64,000 nucleotides of DNA from Prochlorococcus sp. AG-347-L19 (GCA_003278895.1 QCCO01000002.1:107205-171204), one strand, 5' to 3'. Shown: positions 11,611-22,225, numbered from the stretch's first letter. The notes: generated by a model from the sequence alone, not told the origin. Made by a program: numbers and translations.

Positions 11611-12405
11611 ATGGAAAATTATTCTTCTTTACTAATTGGTGGAAAACAATTTTCTAGTAGATTAATGGTTGGTACTGGCAAATACAAATCTACTCAAGAT
11701 ATGGTGGAAAGTTTGTCGAATTCTGAAACGGAAATTATAACCGTAGCTGTTAGAAGAATTAAAAATGATCAAACCGGAGAAAATTTACTCGAAAAGATCA
11801 ACTGGGAAAAATACTGGATGCTTCCTAATACAGCTGGTTGTGTTAATTCTGATGAGGCAGTAAGAATAGCAATTTTAGGTAGAGAACTTGCGAAATTATC
11901 TGGTCAAGAAGAAAATAATTTTGTGAAGTTAGAAGTTATTCCTGACAAAAAGTATTTGCTACCAGATCCAATAGAAACTCTTAAAGCAGCCGAAATTTTA
12001 ATAAAAAAGGGTTTCGCTGTACTACCCTATATCAATGCAGATCCTATTCTTGCAAAAAGACTAGAAGAAATAGGTTGTGCAACTGTAATGCCATTGGGCT
12101 CGCCCATAGGCTCGGGGCAAGGTTTGTTAAATTTATCAAATATAAGGATAATTATTGAGAATGCAAAAGTGCCAGTAATAATTGACGCAGGAATTGGGGT
12201 GCCCAGTGAAGCTTCTCAAGCTATGGAAATTGGAGCTGATGGTGTCCTAATCAATAGTGCAATAGCACAAGCTGCAAATCCCCCTCTAATGGCTCAAGCT
12301 ATAAACTATAGTGTGAAAGCTGGCAGGCAAGCTTTTCTGGCAGGAAGAATTAAAAAACAAGACTTTGCAGTAGCAAGTTCGCCAGAAAAAAACATATCTG
12401 TCTAA
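11611..12405 (+). CDS. thiG: thiazole synthase
   Basis: [39 protein letters not shown]. Confidence 0.97.
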   Translation: MENYSSLLIGGKQFSSRLMVGTGKYKSTQDMVESLSNSETEIITVAVRRIKNDQTGENLLEKINWEKYWMLPNTAGCVNSDEAVRIAILGRELAKLSGQEENNFVKLEVIPDKKYLLPDPIETLKAAEILIKKGFAVLPYINADPILAKRLEEIGCATVMPLGSPIGSGQGLLNLSNIRIIIENAKVPVIIDAGIGVPSEASQAMEIGADGVLINSAIAQAANPPLMAQAINYSVKAGRQAFLAGRIKKQDFAVASSPEKNISV

Positions 12406-12575
12406 TTCTTAAATTGAAAAAAGTTCAAAAAGAAAGTAAAAATTTATTATTTGCTTTTATTTATCGTAATTAAGAAAGAAGATTTGAAACTATTTACAAT
12501 GTTTTTTCGCAAAGTGGAAGCACACTGTAGTAATTTAATAAATATATTATGAATCTTTTAATTCTGGAGTTCTGA

Positions 12576-13769
12576 GTGAAAGTTATTGTTCTAGGTGGAG
12601 ATGGTTTTTGCGGTTGGCCTTGTGCGGTGAATTTAGCAGAGCAAAATCATGATGTTATTATTGTCGACAATTTAAGTCGTAGAAAAATTGATATTGATCT
12701 AGAGGTAGAATCTTTAACTCCAATTGCTTCGATAACAGAACGACTTTCTGCATGGGAAGAGATTGGAGGTAAGCCTATGAGATTTCTTAATATGGATATC
12801 TCTAAACAATATCAAAAATTGCTCAATTTGCTAATTGATGAAAAACCAGATTCCGTGATCCATTTTGCAGAACAAAGAGCAGCACCTTACTCGATGAAAT
12901 CCAGTTTCACCAAAAGATATACAGTAGATAATAATGTTAATGGCACCCACAACCTTCTTGCTGCAATAGTAGAGAGTAATTTAGATATTCATGTTGTTCA
13001 TTTAGGAACGATGGGAGTCTATGGATACGGGTCACATAGAGGTGCAACAATTCCAGAAGGTTATCTAAAAGTTGAAGTTCCACAACCAGATGGAAGCCGA
13101 TTTGAAGAAGAAATATTACACCCTGCAAGTCCAGGTAGTGTTTACCATATGACTAAAACTTTAGATCAATTATTATTTCTTTACTACAACAAAAATGATC
13201 TTGTAAGGATTACTGATTTACATCAAGGCATTGTTTGGGGAACAAATACAGAAGCTACTTTAAAAGATCCTAGATTGACAAACCGATTTGACTATGATGG
13301 AGATTATGGCACTGTTTTAAACAGATTTCTAATGCAAGCTGCAATTGGATACCCATTAAGTGTACATGGGACGGGAGGGCAAACAAGAGCATTTATACAT
13401 ATAAAAGACTCTGTAAAATGCGTACAACTTGCTCTTGAAAATCCTCCAAAATCTGGAGAAAGAGTCAAAATCTTTAATCAAATGACTGAGAGTCATCAAG
13501 TTGGAGAACTAGCTAAAAAAGTTGCTTCTCTAACAGGAGCTGATATTAATTATTTACCAAATCCAAGGAATGAAGCGGTAGAAAATGATCTAATTGTTGA
13601 TAATAAATGTTTTATAGAATTAGGTTTAAACCCAACGACTCTTGATAATGGCTTATTAGAAGAAGTTGTTGAAGTTGCCAAAAAATACTCCAATAGATGT
13701 GATCTTAAGCGCATACCTTGTGTTTCATCCTGGACTAAAAAACAAGCTGAAGCAATAAAGACAAATTAA
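12576..13769 (+). CDS. sqdB: UDP-sulfoquinovose synthase
   Basis: GGDGFCGW, HFAEQRAAPYSM, GTMGVYG, YHMTK; GTG start with GGAG upstream; adjacent GT4 gene. Confidence 0.95.
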   Translation: MKVIVLGGDGFCGWPCAVNLAEQNHDVIIVDNLSRRKIDIDLEVESLTPIASITERLSAWEEIGGKPMRFLNMDISKQYQKLLNLLIDEKPDSVIHFAEQRAAPYSMKSSFTKRYTVDNNVNGTHNLLAAIVESNLDIHVVHLGTMGVYGYGSHRGATIPEGYLKVEVPQPDGSRFEEEILHPASPGSVYHMTKTLDQLLFLYYNKNDLVRITDLHQGIVWGTNTEATLKDPRLTNRFDYDGDYGTVLNRFLMQAAIGYPLSVHGTGGQTRAFIHIKDSVKCVQLALENPPKSGERVKIFNQMTESHQVGELAKKVASLTGADINYLPNPRNEAVENDLIVDNKCFIELGLNPTTLDNGLLEEVVEVAKKYSNRCDLKRIPCVSSWTKKQAEAIKTN

Positions 13770-13796
13770 AATTTCTAAAATAGCTACCTTAAGAAA

Positions 13797-14930
13797 GTGA
13801 AAATTGCATTGTTTACTGAAACTTTTTTACCTAAAGTTGATGGCATAGTCACAAGACTGACTAAAACAATTGAATTTTTAATAAAAAATGGTGATGAAGT
13901 TATAATTTTTTGTCCAGAAGGGTGTCCAGAATCATATATGGGTGCAACTGTGGTTGGAGTTGCTGCAATGCCATTACCTTTATACCCAGAGTTGAAGCTT
14001 GGTTTACCAGGTCCTGCAGTCTCAGATAAGTTAGAAAAATTTAAGCCAGATTTGATACATGTTGTTAATCCAGCTGTACTTGGCTTAGGTGGCATATGGT
14101 TGGCGAAAACTAATAATATTCCTTTAATTGCCAGTTACCATACACATCTTCCAAAATATCTGGAACATTACGGTATGGGTATGTTAGAGCCACTTTTATG
14201 GGAATTACTTAAAGCAGCTCATAATCAAGCCTTGTTAAATTTATGTACTTCCACCGCTATGGTCAATGAGTTAAAGGATAAAGGTATTCAAAGGACTGCT
14301 CTATGGCAAAGGGGAGTAGATACTTTCAGTTTCAGACCAGATTTGAGAAGTGAGAAAATGAGAAAAAAATTATTTGGGGAATATAAAGACGCTAATTACT
14401 TATTGATTTATGTAGGAAGATTATCAGCAGAAAAACAAATTGAGAGGATTAAACCTGTCTTAGAAAGTATTCCTAATGCTTGCCTAGCACTTGTAGGTGA
14501 CGGACCATATAGAAACCAGCTTGAAAAAATCTTCGAAAATACAAAGACTAATTTCATAGGATACTTATCTGGCGATGAACTTGCTAGTGCCTATGCCTCT
14601 GGAGATATATTTTTATTTCCATCTAGTACAGAAACACTTGGGTTAGTTTTACTAGAAGCAATGGCAGCAGGATGTCCAGTTATCGGAGCCAACAAGGGGG
14701 GGATTCCAGATATTATTAGCGATGGGATTAATGGTTGTTTATATGATCCTGATGAAAAAGATAATGGAGAACAAAGTTTGATTAAAGCGACAAAAAAAAT
14801 TCTAGAGAATGAAGATAAAAGAGAAGTTATGAGAAAAGAGGCGCGAAACGAAGCAGAAAAATGGAATTGGAATCAAGCAACACTACAACTGCAAAAATAT
14901 TATGCAGATACTCTCAAAGAAATAGATTAA
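13797..14930 (+). CDS. sqdX: sulfoquinovosyldiacylglycerol synthase (GT4)
   Basis: FTETFLPKVDGIV, YVGRLSAEK, ETLGLVLLEAMA; follows sqdB. Confidence 0.9.
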   Translation: MKIALFTETFLPKVDGIVTRLTKTIEFLIKNGDEVIIFCPEGCPESYMGATVVGVAAMPLPLYPELKLGLPGPAVSDKLEKFKPDLIHVVNPAVLGLGGIWLAKTNNIPLIASYHTHLPKYLEHYGMGMLEPLLWELLKAAHNQALLNLCTSTAMVNELKDKGIQRTALWQRGVDTFSFRPDLRSEKMRKKLFGEYKDANYLLIYVGRLSAEKQIERIKPVLESIPNACLALVGDGPYRNQLEKIFENTKTNFIGYLSGDELASAYASGDIFLFPSSTETLGLVLLEAMAAGCPVIGANKGGIPDIISDGINGCLYDPDEKDNGEQSLIKATKKILENEDKREVMRKEARNEAEKWNWNQATLQLQKYYADTLKEID

Positions 14931-14942
14931 AATTAATCTTAA

Positions 14943-15191
14943 TTATGCTACGTGTGGAGGGGTGGGATTACTATACGAACTTAAAGGAAGTATTAGAGTA
15001 GCGATATTTTGATTTTTTTCAGGCCTTTTTTTCTTTGGCAATTTTTTACCAAAGGGTACTCTAATAACATTAGTTCCCTCAATGGAAAAAATTTTTGAGT
15101 TATCTCCTGTAAAATTGTTGACAAAATTTGGTAAATCTAAGTTTTTAACTGGCAGGTGCTTAACATTACCAGATTTAAAATCTTTGGTCAT
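14943..15191 (-). CDS. hypothetical protein
   Basis: 82-aa ORF filling the gap between sqdX and gcvP; no recognisable domain. Confidence 0.6.
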   Translation of the reverse strand: MTKDFKSGNVKHLPVKNLDLPNFVNNFTGDNSKIFSIEGTNVIRVPFGKKLPKKKRPEKNQNIATLILPLSSYSNPTPPHVA

Positions 15192-15305
15192 AGCTTCAAA
15201 TACCCCAAAAAATTTGATGCTCGAATATTTTAATAAAAAAATTTAAAAAAATTCTATAAGAAAATATTAAATTTTTATTCTTACTGATAATAACTAAGTA
15301 AATAT

Positions 15306-15321
15306 AAGGACGCTAGTCCTT
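15306..15321 (-). terminator. possible short hairpin terminator after gcvP
   Basis: AAGGAC-GCTA-GTCCTT 6-bp stem at the gcvP stop; weak U-tract. Confidence 0.3.
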
Positions 15322-18230
15322 TAAGCACATTTTTTTTCTTCGAAAGTATCGCCTTGATTTACATTGCAAGAACAAATTAAATTGCGATCGCCATATGCAT
15401 TATTGATTCTAGAAACTGAAGACCAAAACTTAATAGAAGTTGGAGTTTTATAAGGAAAACAAGCTTTTTCTTTTGAATAAGGATAATGCCAATTATCAGC
15501 AATTAACTCTTTCAGCGTATGGGGAGCGTTACTTATTACATTATTATTCTTTAATGCAACATTTTTTTCTATTTCGCTGATTTCTTCTCCAATCAATAGC
15601 ATAGCCTCGCAAAATCTATCCAATTCAACCAAACTTTCACTTTCAGTAGGCTCTATCATTATCGTCTCTGGAACAGGCCAACTTATTGTTGGGGCATGAA
15701 AACTATAATCTATTAATCGTTTAGCTAAATCATTTACACTCAAACCAGTTTTGGATTTTAAATCCCTAAAATCTAAAATACATTCATGTGCGACAAAATT
15801 ATTTTTTCCTTTATAAAGAATCTTGAATTTATGCTTTAAAGAATGCGCAATATAATTTGCAGATAAAATTGCATGCGCAGTTGCTTTCCTTAAACCACTA
15901 AGACCAGCCATTCTTATGTACATCCAACTTATTGGAAGAATACTTGCACTCCCATGCTTGGCCGAAGATACGTAATTGGAAATAATAGATAAATTATTAT
16001 CCATTAAAGAATGAGTAGGAAGAAATGGGCTTAAAGTTTCTGATGCAGCAACTGGACCTACTCCAGGACCACCACCTCCATGTGGAATGCAGAATGTTTT
16101 ATGTAAATTCAAATGACAAACATCAACACCATAATTACCCGGTTTGCATAATCCAACCTGAGCGTTCAAATTTGCGCCATCTAAATAGACAAATCCTCCC
16201 ACAGAGTGAATTAAATCACAAATCTTTCTGATTTGTAATTCAAAAACTCCATGAGTAGAGGGATAAGTCAACATAAGAGCCCCTATTTGGCTATCAAATT
16301 TCTTGACCTTGATTGACAAATCTTGAAAATCAATATTTCCTTCGTCATCACATTCAACAGTTAAGACGTCAAAACCTGCCATAACTGCACTAGCAGGATT
16401 TGTTCCATGAGCACTTTTTGGAATTAAACATTTTTTTCTTAACAGTTCACCTTTTGATTCAAAATAAGAATTTATTGCCAATAAACCTGCAAACTCTCCT
16501 TGAGAACCTGCATTTGGTTGAAAAGAAACTGATCTTAAACCAACAATCTCACTTATCCATTTTTCTAGGTCAGATATAATTTGTGAATAACCTTTAGTTT
16601 GATCTGGTGGGGAAAAAGGATGAATGGAAGATAAATCAGCCCAAGAGACTGGATTTAACTCTGCTGCAGAGTTTAACTTCATGGTACAGCTTCCCAATGG
16701 CATCATCCCATCTACCAAAGAAAAATCTTTTTCTGCAAGTCGGAATATATATCTCATTAATTCAGTTTCACTTTGGTAATTTGTGAATATATCTTGCTGC
16801 ATCCATGCACTGGATCTCAAAGCTAAACTTTCAAGATGAAATTCTTTATCAAATTTTATATGCTCTAAATCTTTTTCTTTTTCTATTAGATTTGCTATGA
16901 AAGTCAAAATATCTTTTATTTCTTTTTCATTACTAAGCTCATCTAAAGAGATCCCAAAACCAGTTGAATTTTCAATAGTTGATCCCAAAGGCAAAATTCT
17001 TAAGTTATAGCCATTTTTTAAAGCTTCATTATGGATCCTCTGGGAGTGCTCAGAATAAACATCAACACTATCAAATCTAATCCCATCAGGAATATCAAAA
17101 CCTAAAGCAGCTAAACTTGATTCTAAATTTATTCTCAACTCAACTAATCTCTTAGCAATTTGCGTTAATCCAGAGGGTCCATGATAAATAGCATAAAAAG
17201 AAGAAATTATGGCTAACAAAGATTGAGCAGTACAAATATTACTAGTGGCCTTTTCCCTTCTAATATGTTGCTCTCTTGTTTGTAATGCTAGTCTTAGTGA
17301 CTTTTCTCCATTTTTAGATAGACTTTGCCCAACTATTCTTCCGGGTATCAGCCTTTTATATTTTTCGCTACAAGCAAAATATGCTGCATGGGGGCCACCA
17401 AAGCCCATTGGAACACCAAATCTTTGCATACTCCCCACTGCTACATCAACACCAAATTCAGAAATTGGTTTAATCAAAACTTGTGCTAGTGGATCAATAC
17501 ATGCCGTAACAATAATTTCTGATCTATGTGCTTGGGATATTAAGAATGTAGGATCATATAATTGTCCATTTTTACCAGGTAATTGCAACAACATTCCAAA
17601 AACATCATCATGATTAGGAAGATTACTTTGAGTAAAGCGTTTTAAGATTATTCCCAAAGGTTTTGCTCTGGTTTGTAGAACATTAAAAGTATGATCAAAA
17701 ACATTTGACTCCACTAAGTACACTTTTGAAGATTTATTTTTTCTTGCGGAAAAACTCATGGCCATGGCTTCTGCTGCAGCAGTACCCTCATCCAACAAAG
17801 ATGCATTGGCGACAGGGAATCCTGTTAGTTCACAAACAATAGTCTGAAAATTAAATAGAGCTTCTAATCTTCCTTGTGCAATTTCTGCTTGATATGGAGT
17901 ATAAGACGTGTACCACCTTGGATTTTCAAGAACATTTCTTTGGATTACTTTAGGCATATGATTGTCATAATAACCAAGGCCTATAAGTGATCTCATTTTA
18001 GTATTTTTATTCGCAATCTCTTTTAATTCGTTTAAAGCCTCAATTTCTGAACAACCTTGGGGCAATATTTCTGAAGGTTTATCTTTAAGCTGAATATCTT
18101 CAGGAATAACTTGATTTATAAATTGATCAATATTATTAAAACCAAGCTTGTTCAGCATAATTCTTTCATCATTATCTCCTAAACCAAGATGCCTATCTAT
18201 AAACAAATCAGACCCAAATTTGGATTTCAT
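15321..18230 (-). CDS. gcvP: glycine dehydrogenase (glycine cleavage P protein)
   Basis: YTPYQAEIAQGRLE, REKATSNICTAQ, LGSCTMK, HLNLHKTF (PLP Lys), GDRNLICSC. Confidence 0.98.
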   Translation of the reverse strand: MKSKFGSDLFIDRHLGLGDNDERIMLNKLGFNNIDQFINQVIPEDIQLKDKPSEILPQGCSEIEALNELKEIANKNTKMRSLIGLGYYDNHMPKVIQRNVLENPRWYTSYTPYQAEIAQGRLEALFNFQTIVCELTGFPVANASLLDEGTAAAEAMAMSFSARKNKSSKVYLVESNVFDHTFNVLQTRAKPLGIILKRFTQSNLPNHDDVFGMLLQLPGKNGQLYDPTFLISQAHRSEIIVTACIDPLAQVLIKPISEFGVDVAVGSMQRFGVPMGFGGPHAAYFACSEKYKRLIPGRIVGQSLSKNGEKSLRLALQTREQHIRREKATSNICTAQSLLAIISSFYAIYHGPSGLTQIAKRLVELRINLESSLAALGFDIPDGIRFDSVDVYSEHSQRIHNEALKNGYNLRILPLGSTIENSTGFGISLDELSNEKEIKDILTFIANLIEKEKDLEHIKFDKEFHLESLALRSSAWMQQDIFTNYQSETELMRYIFRLAEKDFSLVDGMMPLGSCTMKLNSAAELNPVSWADLSSIHPFSPPDQTKGYSQIISDLEKWISEIVGLRSVSFQPNAGSQGEFAGLLAINSYFESKGELLRKKCLIPKSAHGTNPASAVMAGFDVLTVECDDEGNIDFQDLSIKVKKFDSQIGALMLTYPSTHGVFELQIRKICDLIHSVGGFVYLDGANLNAQVGLCKPGNYGVDVCHLNLHKTFCIPHGGGGPGVGPVAASETLSPFLPTHSLMDNNLSIISNYVSSAKHGSASILPISWMYIRMAGLSGLRKATAHAILSANYIAHSLKHKFKILYKGKNNFVAHECILDFRDLKSKTGLSVNDLAKRLIDYSFHAPTISWPVPETIMIEPTESESLVELDRFCEAMLLIGEEISEIEKNVALKNNNVISNAPHTLKELIADNWHYPYSKEKACFPYKTPTSIKFWSSVSRINNAYGDRNLICSCNVNQGDTFEEKKCA

Positions 18231-18275
18231 ATTAAAATATTTTTCTTTAAAATAGCTCTTTTTAAAAAGTTTGCC

Positions 18276-18665
18276 TTATTTTGGTACAACCTTTGATTGA
18301 TATTCTTCAGAAGTCATCAAATCAGCAATTGATGCTTTTGATTCTGGTTTCAAAATAACTAACCAACCGTCTCCAATCGGATCATTCTGTAGAAGCTCAG
18401 GGTTCTCAATAACACTTTCATTTACAGATACTATTTCCCCTGAAAAAGGCAGATAGACTTCCTCTACGGCCTTAACTGATTCTATTGTTCCAAAAGTCTC
18501 GCCTTTCTTTAAAGTCGCCCCTTTATCAGCTAATTCAACAAAAACAATATCTCCTAATTGATCTATTGCGAATTCACTAACTCCAATTTTTAATAATCCA
18601 TTTTCTTCCAAGACATATTCATGAGTATCAGCATAATTGAGGTTGTCTGGAAACTTGTAAGACAT
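18276..18665 (-). CDS. gcvH: glycine cleavage H protein
   Basis: LGDIVFVEL, IESVKA (lipoyl Lys), DPIGDGWL. Confidence 0.97.
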   Translation of the reverse strand: MSYKFPDNLNYADTHEYVLEENGLLKIGVSEFAIDQLGDIVFVELADKGATLKKGETFGTIESVKAVEEVYLPFSGEIVSVNESVIENPELLQNDPIGDGWLVILKPESKASIADLMTSEEYQSKVVPK

Positions 18666-18667
18666 GA

Positions 18668-19960
18668 TTAAGTAGATAAAGGAAGTAGAGAATCCTTTGA
18701 AATTAATTTTTCCTCTAATAATTCAAATAATAATCGAATTAATGCAATTTTGATGTGAGCTATGTGAGAACCACCTTGAACAAAAATATTGTAAGGATCT
18801 CTTAGAGGGGCATCAGCAGAAAATTCACTTGTGCTACCTTCAATAAAGGTACCTCCTGCCATTAATAATTTTGAATCATATCCATCCATTGATGATGGAA
18901 CAACATTCAGAAAAGAATCTACTGGTGAAGAATTTTGAAAAGATTGACAAACTTTTTGTACCAAATCAGGATTATTCAATCTTACTGACTGTATAAGATC
19001 AGATCTATAAGATGCCGGCTCTGGTAAAACCTTAAATCCCAAATTTTTAAAGACTGCTGCAACCATATCAGCACCTTTTAGTGATTCGTGAACAATTTGT
19101 GGTGCTAAAAACAAACCCTGCAAAATTAATCTTCCTAGTCCAAAATTTATTCCTGCAGAAGAACCAATGCCAGGTGAGGTTAATCTAGAACATGCCATCT
19201 CAACCAACTCTGCATCTCCTGCAACGTACCCACCAGTAGGAACAATTGTTCCTCCCAAATTTTTAATCAATGATCCAGCAATTATATTTGCCCCTTTAGA
19301 AATTGGTTCACTATCTTCAACAAGCTCCCCATAACAGTTATCAACAAAGCATATACAATTAGGATCAAGGGAATGAATAAGACTACAAATTTTCTCTATC
19401 TGATGATTCGTAAGAGACTTTCTCCAACTATATCCACAACTTTTTTGTATGAATACTAATTTGAATGAATTTTCTTCAAAAGAATGAACAATTTTTTCTT
19501 CAAAAGAATCAAAATTCTCGCAAATATTTATTTGCTTATATTCAATATCAAAATCTTTAAGTGAGCCTTTTCCTCCTCCCCTTATTCCTATGACTTCCTC
19601 TAACGTGTCATATGGTTCTCCTGTAAGAGATAACATTACATCTCCAGGTCGAAGAATTCCAAATAAGACAGAACTTATTGCATGCGTTCCACTTACAAAT
19701 TGCATTCTCACAGCAGCCTTTTCAGCAAGAAACAATCTTGCAAAAACCGCATCAATTTTTTCTCTAGATATATCATCATGACCGCTACCAGAAGATTGAT
19801 TGAAATGACTAGTAGAAACTTTTTCTTCCTTAAAAATTGTCAAAATATTTTCTAATTTCTGGAAAACCTGATTGGACCTTTCTTGGAAAACTTTATTTAA
19901 ACTTTCTTCGACAGAAAGAACAACGTTTTCAGCGAGTTTTAAGTTATTATCAAGAATCAT
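18668..19960 (-). CDS. PLP-dependent methionine gamma-lyase-family / 'aluminium resistance' protein (YnbB-like)
   Basis: FVSGTHAI, GEPYDTLEEVIG, FVDNCYGE, AGSLIKNLGG, MAGGTFIEGSTSEFSADAP. Confidence 0.85.
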   Translation of the reverse strand: MILDNNLKLAENVVLSVEESLNKVFQERSNQVFQKLENILTIFKEEKVSTSHFNQSSGSGHDDISREKIDAVFARLFLAEKAAVRMQFVSGTHAISSVLFGILRPGDVMLSLTGEPYDTLEEVIGIRGGGKGSLKDFDIEYKQINICENFDSFEEKIVHSFEENSFKLVFIQKSCGYSWRKSLTNHQIEKICSLIHSLDPNCICFVDNCYGELVEDSEPISKGANIIAGSLIKNLGGTIVPTGGYVAGDAELVEMACSRLTSPGIGSSAGINFGLGRLILQGLFLAPQIVHESLKGADMVAAVFKNLGFKVLPEPASYRSDLIQSVRLNNPDLVQKVCQSFQNSSPVDSFLNVVPSSMDGYDSKLLMAGGTFIEGSTSEFSADAPLRDPYNIFVQGGSHIAHIKIALIRLLFELLEEKLISKDSLLPLST

Positions 19961-19978
19961 TTATTATGAAAATTCATC

Positions 19979-20677
19979 TTATTTTTCAGAAGCTAAATTT
20001 CTTAATTCTGCGAGGAAAGCATTAGGTCCCCTACCCTGAAAGTAAGAAAGTTTTTTTGAAGCCTCATATAAATCAAGAAGTTCTCCATCTAATTCTTCTG
20101 CCGTATAATCTTTTATTCCTGCAATTACCTCTGCAAAACGTTCTCTACGGGCAGATTTAATGACAGCATAGGCTTCCATTACCTGCATTTTACATGATCT
20201 CCAAGCCTTGTTCTGACAAAAATGCACCGAAAGAGCATCACTTAAAGCAGAAGCTTCTTCATCTTCTATGTACCAATCAAAAGATGAAGGTAGAGGTTTT
20301 AATCCTGAAAATATCTCGAACAACTCCCCGGCCGACAATGGATTACCAGAGTCATTTTTTAGGGGTAATGCAGACTCTTCCAAAGATTTCCATAACTCTG
20401 GGTAATCACTTTCAAAACGATCCCTGATTTTTTCAATACCCTGATCAAGAATCGTATTAACTTGAGCTAAAGCAAGAAAAACTTCAGGACCTGGCGAAGA
20501 TAACTTCCCATTCCTAAGATTAGAAATTTGCGAATTATGAACTTTACCTAAATCAAGAACTTCTGAAAGTAATGGCAAGACTCTGTGAGACCAACCATTT
20601 CTTTCATGCCAGAGATGTATCAAATGAGCCATAGCCCTTCGACCTCTAGATAATTTTTCGCGATATCCGAGACTCAC
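19979..20677 (-). CDS. conserved hypothetical protein with N-terminal Cro/XRE-like HTH
   Basis: WHERNGWSHRVL...VHNSQISNLRNGKLSSPGPEVFLALA resembles the XRE pattern 'S.IS..E.G...P....L.A'. Confidence 0.65.
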   Translation of the reverse strand: MSLGYREKLSRGRRAMAHLIHLWHERNGWSHRVLPLLSEVLDLGKVHNSQISNLRNGKLSSPGPEVFLALAQVNTILDQGIEKIRDRFESDYPELWKSLEESALPLKNDSGNPLSAGELFEIFSGLKPLPSSFDWYIEDEEASALSDALSVHFCQNKAWRSCKMQVMEAYAVIKSARRERFAEVIAGIKDYTAEELDGELLDLYEASKKLSYFQGRGPNAFLAELRNLASEK

Positions 20678-20752
20678 AGATAATTAAACTAATCAATAGT
20701 ATAGTATGATAATATTACATATCGGTAATTTTGAAAATAGTATTTCAATATC

Positions 20753-21691
20753 ATGAATTCAGTAATTTTCCAAGAAACAGCAAAATTAAAAAAACCTGTT
20801 CCAGCTGAAAAAGTTATAGAACTCTCAGAAAAATTACTGGAACCTTCCAGTCATTCAAAAAGATATCCTCCAAGACTACATAAAACGTGGGGAACAATAG
20901 TTTTTATGGTTGTAATTCATATTCTTTCTCTTGTAGCTATACAACCAAAATTTTGGAGTCTCCCTGCAGTCACTTCATTATTATTTTTTTACTGGGTAAC
21001 TGCTTGTTTAGGAGTCACCCTTGGGTATCACAGATTGTTATCACACAGATCGTTCATTGTACCAAGATGGTTAGAAAGATTTTTTGCTACATGTGGAGCC
21101 ATAAGTTGCCAACATGGACCAATAGATTGGGTAGGTTTACATAGGCATCATCACTCTTTTTCAGATACTGAAGTAGATCATCACAACAGTAAAAAGGGGT
21201 TTTGGTGGAGTCATATGGGTTGGATGTTTAAAGACGTAGAGGCACTAAAAGCTGTTCCAAAACTAAGTGCAGATTTAATCAAGGATCCATACTATAGATT
21301 TTTAAATAAATATTTTTTAATCTTACAAATTCCTATTGGACTTTCACTGTACGCAATAGGTCAAAAATTAGGAGTTGGAGGATGGGCTCTAGTCCTCTGG
21401 GGAATTCCATTGAGGCTTGTGATTGTTTATCATGTGACATGGTTAGTTAACTCCGCGACTCATTGTTGGGGTAAAGCACCATTTGAAAGTGGTGATTCAT
21501 CTAAAAACAATGCATGGGTTGCTGCATTAACATTTGGAGAAGGTTGGCATAATAATCATCATGCATTTCCCAATTCGGCAAAACAAGGATTATTTAAAGG
21601 TCAGATAGACATAACATGGGAACATATTAAGATTCTTGCCAAGTTTGGTTTTGCAAAAAAAGTAAAGTTACCCTCTAGGTCTTATTATTAA
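20753..21691 (+). CDS. desC: delta-9 acyl-lipid desaturase
   Basis: Three His boxes HRLLSH, HRHHH, HNNHH; [14 protein letters not shown]. Confidence 0.92.
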   Translation: MNSVIFQETAKLKKPVPAEKVIELSEKLLEPSSHSKRYPPRLHKTWGTIVFMVVIHILSLVAIQPKFWSLPAVTSLLFFYWVTACLGVTLGYHRLLSHRSFIVPRWLERFFATCGAISCQHGPIDWVGLHRHHHSFSDTEVDHHNSKKGFWWSHMGWMFKDVEALKAVPKLSADLIKDPYYRFLNKYFLILQIPIGLSLYAIGQKLGVGGWALVLWGIPLRLVIVYHVTWLVNSATHCWGKAPFESGDSSKNNAWVAALTFGEGWHNNHHAFPNSAKQGLFKGQIDITWEHIKILAKFGFAKKVKLPSRSYY

Positions 21692-21711
21692 CTATATTGT
21701 TCAATATTTTC

Positions 21712-22167
21712 ATGGCTAAAAGAGTACAAGTCGCATTAACTGAATCAATCGCATCACTAGGTAAAGAAGGAGATCTAGTTGATGTAGCACCAGGATACGC
21801 AAGAAATTTTCTATTACCTTATGGCAAGGCAATGAATGTAACACCAGCAGTCCTTAAACAAATTGAGCGGAAGAAAGAAAAAGAAAAAATCGCTGCTGAT
21901 AAATTAAAGCAAGAAGCTTTAGATTTCCAAACTGCATTATCTACAATAGGTAGGTTCACTATCAAAAAACAGGTTGGAGAAGATGGTGTCCTTTTTGGAA
22001 CGGTTACCAATGGGGATGTTGCCGAAGCGATAGAAGCGGCAACTAAAAAAGAAATTGATAGAAGAAACATTACTGTTCCTGATATTCATAATTTGGGTTC
22101 TTTTACTGCAAAAATCAAATTACATCCAGAAGTAAATGCAGAAGTAAATATTGAAGTAACAAGTTAA
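21712..22167 (+). CDS. rplI: 50S ribosomal protein L9 (start moved to ATG 21712)
   Basis: [33 protein letters not shown]. Confidence 0.96.
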   Translation: MAKRVQVALTESIASLGKEGDLVDVAPGYARNFLLPYGKAMNVTPAVLKQIERKKEKEKIAADKLKQEALDFQTALSTIGRFTIKKQVGEDGVLFGTVTNGDVAEAIEAATKKEIDRRNITVPDIHNLGSFTAKIKLHPEVNAEVNIEVTS

Positions 22168-22225
22168 TCAATTTGTTGCATTATTTTGAAAAGTAGCCAG
22201 AGTATATATCTAAGCAATTAAAGAT

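Noticed and set aside
12406-12575. Small gene or riboswitch between thiG and sqdB
   Set aside because: The ORFs I found are only about 20 aa, and no TPP or other riboswitch consensus is recognisable.
15384-15391. HIP1 octamer GCGATCGC
   Set aside because: Isolated occurrence inside gcvP; no enrichment was noticed in the window.
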